Positions 29,187 to 42,617 of a stretch of DNA of 64,000 bases are shown here, piece after piece. The number at the start of each line of letters is the position of its first letter. Positions within the stretch are counted from its first letter, which is position 1. The notes below the pieces were generated by a model. That model had not been told where the DNA came from. It did not search any database and worked only from the letters and a program-made list of their open reading frames with translations. A program made the position numbers and the translations under genes. This DNA comes from Akkermansiaceae bacterium (lineage in GTDB: Bacteria > Verrucomicrobiota > Verrucomicrobiia > Verrucomicrobiales > Akkermansiaceae), in the NCBI GenBank assembly GCA_051251915.1, contig JBPOGF010000019.1:1-64000 (forward strand). Reading direction: 5' to 3'.

Positions 29187-30554
29187 TTATTCCTCGATAT
29201 TTCGTTTTTTATTTGGAGTTATTGAGGCCTTCTTAATTTTGAATCTCCACAGCCTAATAGCTAGGAGAATACTAGCAACGGTGAGACCGAGTGCGAGGCC
29301 CCACCAGATGCCTACGGCACCGATTGACGAATGAAATGCGAGCCAATATCCGAATGGAATTCCTACGATCCAGTAGGAGAAGAATCCAACCATTGCAGGG
29401 GTGGCTGTGTCATGCAATCCGCGCAGCATTCCGATGGAGGCGACCTGTTGGCCATCCACGATCTGGAACACACCTGCCACTACGAGGAAGCTGGTGGCAT
29501 AGGCTATGACCACTGGGGCATCTTCAATAAACTGCTCAGCCATGTTTCCACCGAAGAGGAGGAATGAGGTGGCTGTGATAGTAGAGAATAGAAGAGTAAG
29601 TATCCAGCCTGAGAGGTAGGTGGTGCGCATGTTGTTGGTGGTTTTTTGTCCTATTTTTTCCCCGACACGGATTGTGAGGGCGATGGAGATGCCTAGTGGG
29701 ATCATGAATGCAATTCCGGCGCAGACTAGCGCTATTTGCTGGGCTGCGAGTGCTTCTTTGCTTATCCATCCGAGCATGATTCCACTCATTACGAAGGCTC
29801 CGACTTCCGTAAGTGTTTGGAGACCGGCGGGGAAGCCTAGTTTTAGGAGGGATTTTATTTCTCCCATATCGAGGCGGAGAAACCAGCGGTAGGGGGTCCA
29901 TTCTGCGAGGCTGGTGTCCTTGGTGAACCAGACGAGCATGGCGATGACTAGTATAATTCTTGAAATGAGAGTGGCATATCCAGCTCCTTCAAGTCCTAGG
30001 GCTGGAGCGCCAAGGTTTCCGTAGATTAGCATCCAGTTGAGCAGGACGTTTAATAATACTGCAGCAATACTGATCGTGAAGGCGGTCCACATTCTATCTA
30101 GTGCATCTACGTGATTTTTAAGAGAGATTCCTACTAGTCCGGGGATGAGTGATGCGCAGATGATAATGAAGAAGCCACGTGAGCGACTGGCTACAACGGG
30201 ATCTTGGTCCATGTGCTCGATTAATCCATTTCCAAGCCAAGCGATGAGAAAGAATATGGTGCCGATGATGAGTGAGAGGTAAGTACTATTACGACATACT
30301 GAGCGAGCTTCGGTGGTGTTTCCAGCTCCTTTGGCAGTTGAGGTGCGAATGGATACACAGGTCATGATGCCCATGCCGAAGACGAAGGGAACGTAGAATA
30401 GGTTGTTTGCGAGGGTGAGTGCGGCGAGTTCAGTGACGCCAAGTTTTGCGACCATGATGGAATCCACTAGCCCTAGCAGCATTTGGCCTATTTGCCCGAT
30501 AATCAGCGGTAGCGCGAGGGCGAAGATTGTCTTGCTTTCCTTGTAAATAGTCAT
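29187..30554 (-). CDS. MATE-family efflux transporter
   Basis: LALPLIIGQ...VDSIMV, about 12 TM helices, FQIVDGQQ, GMLRG. Confidence 0.93.
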   Translation of the reverse strand: MTIYKESKTIFALALPLIIGQIGQMLLGLVDSIMVAKLGVTELAALTLANNLFYVPFVFGMGIMTCVSIRTSTAKGAGNTTEARSVCRNSTYLSLIIGTIFFLIAWLGNGLIEHMDQDPVVASRSRGFFIIICASLIPGLVGISLKNHVDALDRMWTAFTISIAAVLLNVLLNWMLIYGNLGAPALGLEGAGYATLISRIILVIAMLVWFTKDTSLAEWTPYRWFLRLDMGEIKSLLKLGFPAGLQTLTEVGAFVMSGIMLGWISKEALAAQQIALVCAGIAFMIPLGISIALTIRVGEKIGQKTTNNMRTTYLSGWILTLLFSTITATSFLLFGGNMAEQFIEDAPVVIAYATSFLVVAGVFQIVDGQQVASIGMLRGLHDTATPAMVGFFSYWIVGIPFGYWLAFHSSIGAVGIWWGLALGLTVASILLAIRLWRFKIKKASITPNKKRNIEE

Positions 30555-30630
30555 TTTGAAATTTGGATGTCAGTCTCTACCAAAAAACCAGATTGCCAAG
30601 TCTTAGTCTTCTGTCGTATAAATTATTTCA

Positions 30631-31236
30631 ATGAGTGATTTAAGCCAAATATTTAAGAATAACCTAGATTGGGTGAAGGAAATGCGTGCTGAGAATAAGG
30701 ACTTCTTTGAAAGCCTCGCGCATCAGCAAAAACCAGATTATTTATGGATCGGCTGTTCCGATAGCCGAGTGCCTGCGAACCAGCTGATGGGGCTGTTGCC
30801 AGGGGATGTATTTGTGCATAGGAATATTGCGAATATGGTAGTCCATGCTGACTTCAATGCGCTGTCAGTGATTCACTACGCGGTTGAGTATTTGAAAGTG
30901 AAACATATTATTGTTTGTGGTCACTATGGCTGTGGAGGTGTGAAATGTGCCCTTTCAGATGACAGATTTGGCATCGTAGATAGCTGGCTACAGCACATCA
31001 AGGATGTGAAACGCTTGCATAAGGAGGAGTTAGTAGGGTTTGAAGGACAAGCGAAAGAGGATCGGCTCTGTGAGCTGAATGCGATGGAGCAAGTGCAAAA
31101 TGTCTGCCAATCACCACCTGTGTTAGATGCTTGGGCTAAGGGGCAAGAGCTTAATGTGCATTGTTGGATTTATGGAATTGCAGATGGGAAAATCCGTAAC
31201 TTGCAAGATCCAATCAGTGGGCCTCTAGATAAATAG
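30631..31236 (+). CDS. can: Beta-class carbonic anhydrase
   Basis: WIGCSDSRVP, VHRNIAN, CGHYGCGG. Confidence 0.96.
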   Translation: MSDLSQIFKNNLDWVKEMRAENKDFFESLAHQQKPDYLWIGCSDSRVPANQLMGLLPGDVFVHRNIANMVVHADFNALSVIHYAVEYLKVKHIIVCGHYGCGGVKCALSDDRFGIVDSWLQHIKDVKRLHKEELVGFEGQAKEDRLCELNAMEQVQNVCQSPPVLDAWAKGQELNVHCWIYGIADGKIRNLQDPISGPLDK

Positions 31237-31358
31237 CTGAAAGAGGAGTGGAGGAGCATTATAAGTATACACAGGGCTAATCTTTTTGCGATATAACTCA
31301 TTTTCCTGAGAAAAAACTTCGCATGATGAGGCATCCATGTGTAGTCTAGTTTATAACG

Positions 31359-31862
31359 ATGAAGTGCCAACTATGCGAACAAGAAGCGAGTGTGACTTAT
31401 ACCAAAGTGGTCGGGGATAAATCACAGAAAATCCATCTCTGTGCCGAGTGTGCGGACGAGAAGGGGATTACCAATTTAGATAATTTTAACCTGTCAGATA
31501 TACTCATGAGCGATGAAAAATTTAGCCCTGCAGAGGAAAATGTAACGGTCAATCTAAGTAAGTGCACAGAGTGTGGATTTACGCTAGATGACTTACGTAA
31601 GATAGGGAGGTTAGGTTGTAGTTCATGCTATGAGCAATTTGGTGGTGAGGTGAAAAGTATGATTGGGAATATGCATAAAGGGACGAAGCATAAAGGTAAA
31701 GTTCCTGAAGGTATGTTGCTGGTCATTGAGGCGAAATCGAAGTTGAAGAAACTTCAGAGCCTGCTTGATAAAGCCATCGCAGATGAAGAATATGAGAAGG
31801 CTGGGGAGTTGAAGAACGAGCTAGCTACATTCAAGAAATCCTTACCTGTAGATGCCCAATAG
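31359..31862 (+). CDS. mcsA: McsA (four CxxC motifs plus UVR domain)
   Basis: CQLC, CAEC, CTEC, GRLGCSSCY, HKGKVP, EEYEKA. Confidence 0.92.
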   Translation: MKCQLCEQEASVTYTKVVGDKSQKIHLCAECADEKGITNLDNFNLSDILMSDEKFSPAEENVTVNLSKCTECGFTLDDLRKIGRLGCSSCYEQFGGEVKSMIGNMHKGTKHKGKVPEGMLLVIEAKSKLKKLQSLLDKAIADEEYEKAGELKNELATFKKSLPVDAQ

Positions 31863-33003
31863 TATGATGCGATTTTCGACATTAGTGAAGCACCCTGCAG
31901 ACTGGATGACTGGTAAGAGTAGAGATAACTCAGTGGTTATTACTAGTCGAATCCGACTAGCGCGTAATCTGCGTGACGCACCATTTCCTGGATGGGCGAT
32001 GAAGGCTGAGCGGAAGGAAATTTTAGAAACAATTTTACCTGAAATTACTGGGTTGAATACGATGAAAAACGGATTTTCTCAGGAGCTATCAAAGCTGGAT
32101 TCTCTGCAGAAGCAGGTTCTGGTGGAGCGGCATTTGATCAGCCGTGAACAGGCAGCGAGAGGGGATGGGTGTGCTGCAGTTGTGAATCGAAAGCAGTCAT
32201 TGTCATTGATGGTGAATGAAGAAGATCATCTGCGGATGCAGTCGATCTGTGCTGGGATGCATCTACGTGAAGCGTATGATTTGTTAGATACAATCGACCG
32301 GGAACTGGAGACGAAGCTTAGCTACGCTTATGATGGGAATTTAGGTTATCTTACAGCATGTCCTACGAACTTAGGCACTGGTATGCGAGCCTCTGCGATG
32401 TTGCATTTGCCTGCGCTAGTTCTTACGGATCAGATTGGTCAGGTGCTTCAGGCTGTTAGCAAAATAGGTCTCGCTGTTAGAGGGTTATTTGGTGAGGGCA
32501 CTGAGTCGCTCGGAGATTTATTCCAGATTTCAAATCAGTCAACACTCGGTGAATCTGAGGAGGCGATTATTGATCGCTTAGAGCGTGTGATTAACCAGGT
32601 GGCGAACCATGAGAGGAATGCCAGGCTGAAAATGATGCAGGAGGAGCCGGACCAACTTACTAACAAAATAGGAAGAGCATATGGTTTGCTTAAGCATGCA
32701 CATTTGTTCGATTCTAAAGAAGCATTTACCCATATTTCACTGATTAGGCTAGGTGCTGATCTCGGTTATTTTCCAGAGGGCACTATGCAGTTATGTGATG
32801 CTCTGATGATGGAAATACAACCAGCACATTTGCAATTATATGCCGGAAAAGAGCTAGAACCTGAGAAAAGAGACCTTATTCGTGCAGAAATCATCCGTGA
32901 TCAGTTGCAAAATCTAGCACCACCTGCTAGTAGTATTATAGAAAATGAAGTAAACAGCACCGATGCTGGTGATGAGCTTCCAATAGAGCCACCCATAGAC
33001 TAA
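31852..33003 (+). CDS. mcsB: Protein arginine kinase McsB (start may be 31864 or 31867)
   Basis: SRIRLARN, LVERHLIS, NEEDHLR, GYLTACPTNLGTG. Confidence 0.95.
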   Translation: MPNSMMRFSTLVKHPADWMTGKSRDNSVVITSRIRLARNLRDAPFPGWAMKAERKEILETILPEITGLNTMKNGFSQELSKLDSLQKQVLVERHLISREQAARGDGCAAVVNRKQSLSLMVNEEDHLRMQSICAGMHLREAYDLLDTIDRELETKLSYAYDGNLGYLTACPTNLGTGMRASAMLHLPALVLTDQIGQVLQAVSKIGLAVRGLFGEGTESLGDLFQISNQSTLGESEEAIIDRLERVINQVANHERNARLKMMQEEPDQLTNKIGRAYGLLKHAHLFDSKEAFTHISLIRLGADLGYFPEGTMQLCDALMMEIQPAHLQLYAGKELEPEKRDLIRAEIIRDQLQNLAPPASSIIENEVNSTDAGDELPIEPPID

Positions 33004-33009
33004 AGAAGA

Positions 33010-35544
33010 ATGAATAATTTCACTCCAAGAGCCCAGCAAGTACTCGCACTCGCCCGTAAGGAAGCAGAGAGGTTTAACCATAATTATGTAGGCACTGAGC
33101 ACGTACTACTAGGCCTTATTAAATTAGGTCAGGGCGTTGCTGTGAATGTCCTAGAAAAAATGGGACTACAACTAGAGACCGTTCGTGTTGAAGTCGAAAA
33201 GCAGGTAGGCACTGGTCCAGACCAAACTATTTCAGGTCAGATTCCATACACACCACGTGTGAAGAAAGTCCTCAGCTTAGCAGATAAAGAAGCTAAGCAA
33301 CTTAATCATTCCTATGTAGGTACTGAGCATCTTTTGTTAGGTCTTCTACATGAGGGAGAAGGTGTTGCTGCCAGAGTTCTCAATAGTCTGGATGTTGACA
33401 TTCAGAGCACCCGCCAAGAAGTTCTTGCGGAGATCGATCCTAATTTTGATCCAGAAGACAATGAAGATGATATCTTTGAGGCCTTCGATGATGATAATGA
33501 CGACGACTCAGATGATGATGAATCAGCTAGTGAGTCCGAGGGTAAAACCAAGACGCCAGCACTCAAGGCATTTGGTAGAAACCTCACTGATATGGCGATC
33601 CAAGGAAAGCTAGACCCAGTCATTGGTAGGCAGTCTGAGACTGAGCGAGTGATACAAATTCTTTGCCGTCGCACTAAGAACAATCCAGTTCTTGTGGGTG
33701 AAGCTGGTGTGGGTAAGACAGCTATTGTGGAAGGACTGGCTCAGGAAATCGTTTCTGGTAATGTTCCTGAGCTTCTACGAAATAAAAAGGTGATTACTCT
33801 CGATCTAGCACTCATGGTTGCTGGTACAAAATATCGTGGTCAGTTTGAGGAGCGCATCAAGGCCGTTATGGATGAGATCAAAAAGGTAGGGGATGTGATC
33901 CTCTTCATTGATGAACTTCACACTATTGTAGGAGCTGGATCAGCAGAAGGAGCGATGGACGCCTCTAACATCATTAAGCCAGCACTTAGCCGTTCTGAGC
34001 TGCAGGTTGTAGGTGCGACTACACTTAATGAATATAGAAAATTTATCGAAAAAGACTCAGCTCTAGAGCGACGTTTCCAGCAAGTTCGTGTGGAGGAGCC
34101 ATCACAGGAAGATACTGTGAAAATCCTTCACGGCCTCAGAGAAAAATATGAGTCTCATCATAAGGCGAAGTATACCGAAGCGGCACTTGAAGCTTCAGTG
34201 AAGCTCTCTTCTAGATATCTAACAGGAAGATTTCTTCCTGATAAAGCTATCGATGTTCTTGATGAAGCGGGTTCACGTGCGCGCATCAGCCAGATGACTC
34301 GTCCGCCAGTGCTCAAGGAGTTGGAAAAAGAAATCCAACTTATTAATAAAGCTAAGGTTGGTGCTATTGACGATCAGGACTTTGAAAAGGCTGCTTCATG
34401 TCGTGACGAGGAAAAGAAAGCTAAGCAGAAGCTGGAAGATATTCTTAACGAATGGAAGGTCGAGAGTGATGAGAGCGTGATTGAGGTTACCGAGGACGAT
34501 ATCATGACTGTGGTTTCTAAATGGACAGGCATTCCGCTTCAGCGCATGGAAGAGAAAGAGGCTGAGAAGCTCCTCAAAATGGAAGAAGATCTCAAGACTA
34601 GAGTCATTGGCCAGGATGAAGCTGTGGTTGCTATTAGTAAAGCGCTCCGACGTTCACGTGCTGATCTTAAGGATCCTCGTCGCCCGATCGGGTCATTCCT
34701 ATTCCTAGGGCCTACGGGTGTGGGTAAAACTTACCTCGCGAGAAACCTTGCAGAATTTATGTTTGGAGATTCTGAGTCACTGATCCAGATTGACATGTCT
34801 GAATACATGGAAAAATTCTCTACAAGTAGACTCATCGGTTCACCTCCTGGGTATGTAGGTTATGAAGAAGGAGGCCAGCTATCTGAAGCTGTTAGGCGCC
34901 GGCCATACTCAGTGATTCTCTTTGATGAAATTGAGAAAGCCCACCCGGACGTGATGAATCTATTACTTCAGATCCTTGAAGAAGGAATGGTGACTGATAG
35001 TTTCGGACGTAAGATTGATTTCAGGAATACAATTATTATCCTCACTTCCAATGTGGGTGCGGCTACAGTGAAGCGCCAGACCTCACTTGGCTTTGGAGCT
35101 ATGAATGAAGATGAGGCTGATTACGAAGGGATGAAATCTAAAACGCTTGAAGAATCTAGCAAGTATTTCAAGCCTGAATTTCTCAACCGTCTTGATGAAC
35201 TTGTGGTCTTCCACTCACTTGAGAAGAAGGATCTCGATGTCATCGTGGATCTTGAGTGCAGCAAGCTTTACAAGCGTCTTGAAGAAAAAGATATCTCACT
35301 CAAGCTCGATAAATCAGCTCGCGATCTTCTCATCGAGAAAGGCTACGATCCTAAATACGGAGCGAGACCGATGCGTCGTGCAGTGGAGCGCTTCATGGAA
35401 GATCCACTTGCGGAGGCTCTTCTCAGAGGAGATGTCAAAGAAGGTGATAACGTCAAGGTGACCCGCAAGAAAGGCTCAGATGAGTTAATCTTCAAACCTC
35501 TCAAGCGTAAGCCGAAATCAGACGAGAAGGCTTCAACGAAGTAA
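33010..35544 (+). CDS. clpC: ATP-dependent Clp protease ATPase ClpC
   Basis: Two ClpN repeats, GEAGVGKT and GPTGVGKT Walker A motifs, UVR M-domain, LGF ClpP-binding loop. Confidence 0.96.
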   Translation: MNNFTPRAQQVLALARKEAERFNHNYVGTEHVLLGLIKLGQGVAVNVLEKMGLQLETVRVEVEKQVGTGPDQTISGQIPYTPRVKKVLSLADKEAKQLNHSYVGTEHLLLGLLHEGEGVAARVLNSLDVDIQSTRQEVLAEIDPNFDPEDNEDDIFEAFDDDNDDDSDDDESASESEGKTKTPALKAFGRNLTDMAIQGKLDPVIGRQSETERVIQILCRRTKNNPVLVGEAGVGKTAIVEGLAQEIVSGNVPELLRNKKVITLDLALMVAGTKYRGQFEERIKAVMDEIKKVGDVILFIDELHTIVGAGSAEGAMDASNIIKPALSRSELQVVGATTLNEYRKFIEKDSALERRFQQVRVEEPSQEDTVKILHGLREKYESHHKAKYTEAALEASVKLSSRYLTGRFLPDKAIDVLDEAGSRARISQMTRPPVLKELEKEIQLINKAKVGAIDDQDFEKAASCRDEEKKAKQKLEDILNEWKVESDESVIEVTEDDIMTVVSKWTGIPLQRMEEKEAEKLLKMEEDLKTRVIGQDEAVVAISKALRRSRADLKDPRRPIGSFLFLGPTGVGKTYLARNLAEFMFGDSESLIQIDMSEYMEKFSTSRLIGSPPGYVGYEEGGQLSEAVRRRPYSVILFDEIEKAHPDVMNLLLQILEEGMVTDSFGRKIDFRNTIIILTSNVGAATVKRQTSLGFGAMNEDEADYEGMKSKTLEESSKYFKPEFLNRLDELVVFHSLEKKDLDVIVDLECSKLYKRLEEKDISLKLDKSARDLLIEKGYDPKYGARPMRRAVERFMEDPLAEALLRGDVKEGDNVKVTRKKGSDELIFKPLKRKPKSDEKASTK

Positions 35545-35559
35545 TCTAGCCAATTTTTT

Positions 35560-35591
35560 AAGACCGCTCGGGAAACTGAGTGGTCTTTTTT
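35560..35591 (+). terminator. Intrinsic terminator of mcsA-mcsB-clpC
   Basis: agaccgctcgg-gaaa-ctgagtggtct plus T-run. Confidence 0.8.
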
Positions 35592-35810
35592 ATTTTAAAG
35601 CATCGTCGAATCTAGCTGGTTAAAGGCAAATTTGAGCAAGACTGGGGCCGGAAAATCAGAAGTGATAAAAGTAGCCTAGAAGTTGCGAATAGTTTGTTTT
35701 TTTTATTATTCGAGTTTCTTGTGATTAAAAGCATGATGAGAGTTTGATGCTGACAGCGAATATATTGGACATGAGCGGGATCGATAGTGTAATTGTTGTA
35801 TTACAAATTT

Positions 35811-36779
35811 ATGAAGCCACTTTATTTAATAATCAGCTTAGTTGGGGTCTTAATGACATCAATCATTTTTTCTACTAATCTCACTGGCCAGGAGCAGCCG
35901 GGAGGAAAGGATGCGACGGAGGCTTCTAGCCTTAAAAAACTGGTGATTTTAACTGGTGATGATCTTACGCATGCATGTGGGACTCATGAGTTCGAGGCCG
36001 GTGGTAAGCTTTTAAAAGCATCTATTGAGAAGTCTGTATTAGCGGATAAGGTGGAGTGTGTGTTGGTTCATAATTGGCCGGAAGATGCTTCAGTGTTCGA
36101 TGATGCAGATATGATTTTGCATTATTATAAGGGGAATAAATGGCACTTCATGAATAAGAATGCAGCCTTTGTGGATGCTCTTGCTAAAAAGGGAGTGAGC
36201 CAAATGTTTGTTCATTATGCATGTGATCCAGATACCTCCGTGAACGGCTCATTGAAGTTATGGACTGGTGGTGTTTATAAAGACAAGTTTTCTGGTAACC
36301 CATTCTGGACACTAAAATCAATCCTTGAAAAACATCCGATTAATCAAGGAGTGAAGCAATACACTCTGAATGAGGAATGGTATCTTAAAATGGATTTTGA
36401 GAAGATTCCTTTGAAAGGGTATGACGCGGCGACTGTCGGTGAGGTGCATTCTGTTATGTCTGGTGAGAATGTGGATAAGAAGGCAGGCAAGAATAAGAAG
36501 TTTAATAATGCGGTGAAAAATGATGATGGTTCAGCCACAGTAGTCTTCTGGGCGAAGGAATCAGCGAATGGTTGCCGAGGGATCGCGGTGACAGGAGCTC
36601 ACTATCACACGACTTGGGCTAATGATGATTTTCGTAAGCAAGTGCTTAATAGTGTGAATTGGGGGCTAAAGCTTTCTGTGCCGGAAACTGGTATAGATAG
36701 TCCTGCGATTACTGAGGAACAGCTGAATCAAAACCTTGATATACGCAAACCTAAACAGAAGGCTCTTAAACTCAAATAA
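35811..36779 (+). CDS. Exported ThuA-like domain protein
   Basis: Signal peptide; HACGTHEFEAG, HPINQGV...EEWY, TGAHYHTTW. Confidence 0.8.
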   Translation: MKPLYLIISLVGVLMTSIIFSTNLTGQEQPGGKDATEASSLKKLVILTGDDLTHACGTHEFEAGGKLLKASIEKSVLADKVECVLVHNWPEDASVFDDADMILHYYKGNKWHFMNKNAAFVDALAKKGVSQMFVHYACDPDTSVNGSLKLWTGGVYKDKFSGNPFWTLKSILEKHPINQGVKQYTLNEEWYLKMDFEKIPLKGYDAATVGEVHSVMSGENVDKKAGKNKKFNNAVKNDDGSATVVFWAKESANGCRGIAVTGAHYHTTWANDDFRKQVLNSVNWGLKLSVPETGIDSPAITEEQLNQNLDIRKPKQKALKLK

Positions 36780-36818
36780 TTTACTTCCAACAGTATATTT
36801 AATATAATACCTAATACC

Positions 36819-38807
36819 ATGATTTTAAAATATTCAATTATCGCAACGGCTATTTTTACGGCAGTTGTTTCACCTGTCGCGGCTCAGAAGAAAAAAGGCA
36901 AGGCGAAGAAGGAAAAACCAGTAAAGCACAAGGTGGTGCATGCACATAGAATGCATCCGTTTTTCGCGCTTGAGGGCATCAATATGGATGGGGTAGAGAA
37001 CCTGAAGGTGGGTGGTATGTGTTTCCATGAAGGATCACTTTATGTTGTTACTTTTTCTCCTGATAGAACGAATAAAAGTCCGGATCATAATGGCAAGCTG
37101 ATCCGTGTAGATAACCTTGCTAATGGCGGTGAGCCAAAGCTAACTATTCTGTGTGAGGGATTCTACGAGCCCGCTGCGGTGGGGGTTGTTGGTAAGAGTA
37201 TTTATGTGGGAACGAAGACACAATTTCTTCGTTTCACTGATGGCATCGGCAAAGATAAATTAGATATCAAGTCTGCAACTGTGATGCTCGATGGTACCTC
37301 TACGATTAATTTTCACACTTATACGATTGGTTTTGAGCCATACATGAAGGATGGGAAACAATACCTCTGCGGGAACTTCACCACCGCTATTCTGCTAGGT
37401 GGAAAGCGTGATGTGATGATCCCACCCAATAAGGACGTTCATCGTGGTTCTACTTTTGTTTTTGGGCCCGTCACTGGTTCAGAGAGTCCTGAAAGTGTTT
37501 CTATAGAGTATATAGCTGGTGGTTACAGAACTCCAAACGGGATCGAAGTAGGGCCAGACAATGAAGTTTATGTTGCGGATAATCAGGGGATTTTCAATCC
37601 ATCTAACAAGTTGATCCGCTTAACTCCTGGCTCTTTCTACGGGCATTATCTTCGTACCAAAAATGGCAAGGCTTCAGCGTTTCAGCCTAAGGATGTGAAT
37701 GCGGAAGCTGGTGATGTGAAGCAAATGACTCCACCTACTTTGCATTTGCCACAAGAAATAGTGGCGAGATCACCATCTCAACCACATGTGATCCACGACC
37801 GTAAGGGGATTTTGGCTCCTTATAACGGGCAGATTCTTCTCGGTGATTTCACGACTGGGCAGATCTTGAGAGCATCGTTAGAAGAGGTAGAGGGAACTTG
37901 GCAGGGAGTGGTCTTTAAGCACACTTCAGGAAAGTCTGATAAAAATGGGGATAACGGTCTACATGGAGGACCGAACAGAATACTCGAAGGTCCTGATGGG
38001 AATTATTACATTGGGGAGATTGGTGCGGGTAGATTATGGGAATTCAATGGGGCTCAATACGGCTTGCAGCGCTTACGTGTGAAGCAAGCGGGTGAGGTTC
38101 CAGCTGATTTTAATGAGATTCTCAACGTGAAAGCATGTGAAGGAGGATTCGAGCTAGAGTTTCTCAAGCCGATAGATCCGAAGCTGATCTCAGTAAAAGA
38201 TATTAATGTGATGCAGTGGACGTATCATCCGACTCCTAATTACGGTGGTCCGCAGATTGCTCCCGAGCGATTGGCAGCGACTAAGCTTAACTTTGATGAG
38301 TCTGGCAAGAAGGCGGTTTTGATCATTGATGGTTTGAAAGATGGGTCTGATATTGTTGGTCAGGGCAAGAAAACAAACCACAATAGTGGCTGGGTTGTTC
38401 AGATTGGATTTGATCCTAAGAAGAATGGGAAGTCAGTGTTATACACGAAAGAATTTTGGTACACGATGCATAAACGTGTGGGTGAGAAGAAAGACGCTGT
38501 TGTTATTCAGATTGATAAGAACGAGCAGTCTGAGATGAAATTTAAGAGTCTCTGTATGGCTTGTCACCGTGAGAATGATGGCGGCTGGGGTGCACCTAAT
38601 CTGGTTGGGATACTAGGTCGTAAGCAGACTGTCATCCGTGATGGTAAGGAAGTAAAAGTTACCGTGGACGAAGCTTATATGCTGAATGCAATTATGAACC
38701 CGATGGCTGAGAAACCTAAGAAGTTTAAGGATGCAGTAATGGCTGATCCAGGGTTGGATAAAGAACAGGCTCTAGAAATGATCGATTACATTAAGTCATT
38801 GAAGTGA
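36819..38807 (+). CDS. Exported beta-propeller (sorbosone dehydrogenase-like) protein with C-terminal c-type cytochrome
   Basis: Signal peptide; GYRTPNG, DNQG, PYNGQILLGD; CMACH heme motif with a downstream Met. Confidence 0.8.
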   Translation: MILKYSIIATAIFTAVVSPVAAQKKKGKAKKEKPVKHKVVHAHRMHPFFALEGINMDGVENLKVGGMCFHEGSLYVVTFSPDRTNKSPDHNGKLIRVDNLANGGEPKLTILCEGFYEPAAVGVVGKSIYVGTKTQFLRFTDGIGKDKLDIKSATVMLDGTSTINFHTYTIGFEPYMKDGKQYLCGNFTTAILLGGKRDVMIPPNKDVHRGSTFVFGPVTGSESPESVSIEYIAGGYRTPNGIEVGPDNEVYVADNQGIFNPSNKLIRLTPGSFYGHYLRTKNGKASAFQPKDVNAEAGDVKQMTPPTLHLPQEIVARSPSQPHVIHDRKGILAPYNGQILLGDFTTGQILRASLEEVEGTWQGVVFKHTSGKSDKNGDNGLHGGPNRILEGPDGNYYIGEIGAGRLWEFNGAQYGLQRLRVKQAGEVPADFNEILNVKACEGGFELEFLKPIDPKLISVKDINVMQWTYHPTPNYGGPQIAPERLAATKLNFDESGKKAVLIIDGLKDGSDIVGQGKKTNHNSGWVVQIGFDPKKNGKSVLYTKEFWYTMHKRVGEKKDAVVIQIDKNEQSEMKFKSLCMACHRENDGGWGAPNLVGILGRKQTVIRDGKEVKVTVDEAYMLNAIMNPMAEKPKKFKDAVMADPGLDKEQALEMIDYIKSLK

Positions 38808-38852
38808 GTTTTAAGATTTAAATTTTAGGATTTAAATCTTAGGTGTTAAGTG
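38804..38852. repeat. Degenerate heptamer array (TTA-R-R-x-x) containing a 12-bp inverted repeat
   Basis: ttaagat ttaaatt ttaggat ttaaatc ttaggtg ttaagtg. Confidence 0.55.
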
Positions 38853-38857
38853 AAAAG

Positions 38858-38896
38858 AAAAGACCGTATTGGCTGGGTGGCTAATACGGTCTTTTT
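38858..38896. terminator. Bidirectional intrinsic terminator between convergent genes
   Basis: aaaagaccgtattgg...ctaatacggtctttt. Confidence 0.8.
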
Positions 38897-38924
38897 GATT
38901 TTGTTAGAGTAATGGTTTACTGGA

Positions 38925-41216
<2,292 letters not shown>

Positions 41217-41251
41217 CTAGGGGATGTTAGAGGGTGGGGTGGATAATTATA

Positions 41252-41671
41252 TTACTTATCTAGATTTTTTTTAATGCGTTCTTCTGGGGTGTCTTTCCAC
41301 ATAAAGAGAGATTTGAAGATGCCGACTATGCCACTAGGTTCATGCATTTCTTGGGTAATCTCAATAGCGGCTTCATCGCGGATGTCAGTGCCTTCAAGTT
41401 CAGCTTGATAGTCGCTTACTAACTTACTGAGGCTATCGTCGCCTTCCATAAGTCTAATTTTACCGAGTTTAGCGTACATCCGCATGTTGTCGACTTGGTT
41501 ACGTATGGTGGTCCAATGATCGACTTGCTCTGTGCTGAGGGTTTTTTCAAATGTGTCCATTTCAGTTTGTAGTAGTAGGTCACGCTCTAACAATTTTTTA
41601 GCGTTACTCTCCATGTCGTCTTTGAGATGGGCTTCTATTTCTTTGCAGATGTTAATATATTTTTCTTTCAT
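41252..41671 (-). CDS. Hypothetical alpha-helical protein
   Basis: 139-aa ATG ORF with natural composition, filling the gap upstream of katG. Confidence 0.7.
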   Translation of the reverse strand: MKEKYINICKEIEAHLKDDMESNAKKLLERDLLLQTEMDTFEKTLSTEQVDHWTTIRNQVDNMRMYAKLGKIRLMEGDDSLSKLVSDYQAELEGTDIRDEAAIEITQEMHEPSGIVGIFKSLFMWKDTPEERIKKNLDK

Positions 41672-41745
41672 AATAGACTCTATTCTAAACGATCATTGCG
41701 TCATCACAAGTAGTTTCTAGTATCATTCTAGACGGGTATAGGCAC

Positions 41746-41782
41746 AAAAAAAGCCACGAACCTGTGATGGTTAGTGGCTTTT
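41746..41782 (-). terminator. Intrinsic terminator
   Basis: aaaagccac...gtggctttt with an A-run on the + strand. Confidence 0.65.
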
Positions 41783-41816
41783 GTGTATTTGATAATAGAG
41801 GTTTGAAATGAAATGT

Positions 41817-42581
41817 TTATTTCTTGAGTTCGGCCTGCTGAGTGGTGGCTTGCTCTACGAGCTTGCGGATGTATTTGGCGGGGATGGTGACTGGTGGTGT
41901 TGCTTGACCTTTAGTTGCGGATGGCTTGGTGACGGTGATGCCAACGAATTCTCCAGCATCGTTAAATGATGGGGCGCTCATGGCTGCATTGATGATTTGG
42001 TAGAGCTTGCGTGGCTTCTCTAGAATGGCCGAAACGGTGCCTTGAGTTACGGCGCTCTGATAACGGAAATGGGCTGCGTAACGTGAGATGTTGATGGTTT
42101 CATCGAGATGCTGAAGTTCTACGTCCTTTGAGATGTCGACGACTTGGTCTTTCCAGTTGGCTGCGTTTTCTCCTTTAGGGTCTAGTGCGATGTAGGCGAG
42201 TCCGAGGTCTTCATCATGGAGTACGAGTTTGGCGTCAAATTCTTCGCCGGCGGCATTGATGAGCTTAAGCCCTTCGATTTCCTTGGTGATTTCGATGTTA
42301 GGCATATTACCTCCTACATTGGGGCTGATGGATGCGTAGGCTGCTACGAGGAGGCCTTCACCGATGTTGGTAGCATTTGACCAGACTTGAGCTTCTTGGT
42401 TTTTAACTTGGCCTTGAACTGTGGCTGTGATTTTAAGGATTCCTTTAACGCCGAAGACTGATCCTTTGTTAGAGTTGTATATTTCACGCTTAGCAGCTGT
42501 ATCAGCGGCGAAGGTGGGGGAGATAGCTCCTAAGCTGAGGCTGGTGATGGCTAGTAGTTTGATTAGTTTTGTTGGTTTCAT
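41817..42581 (-). CDS. Exported trypsin-like-fold protein, probably catalytically inactive
   Basis: Signal peptide; AKLVLHDEDLGLAYI, GTVSA, PSFNDAGEFVGI resemble the HtrA fold; no GNSGG. Confidence 0.65.
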   Translation of the reverse strand: MKPTKLIKLLAITSLSLGAISPTFAADTAAKREIYNSNKGSVFGVKGILKITATVQGQVKNQEAQVWSNATNIGEGLLVAAYASISPNVGGNMPNIEITKEIEGLKLINAAGEEFDAKLVLHDEDLGLAYIALDPKGENAANWKDQVVDISKDVELQHLDETINISRYAAHFRYQSAVTQGTVSAILEKPRKLYQIINAAMSAPSFNDAGEFVGITVTKPSATKGQATPPVTIPAKYIRKLVEQATTQQAELKK

Positions 42582-42617
42582 AATTTGATTGAAAACGGTT
42601 TGTTGTTAGATGGGTGG

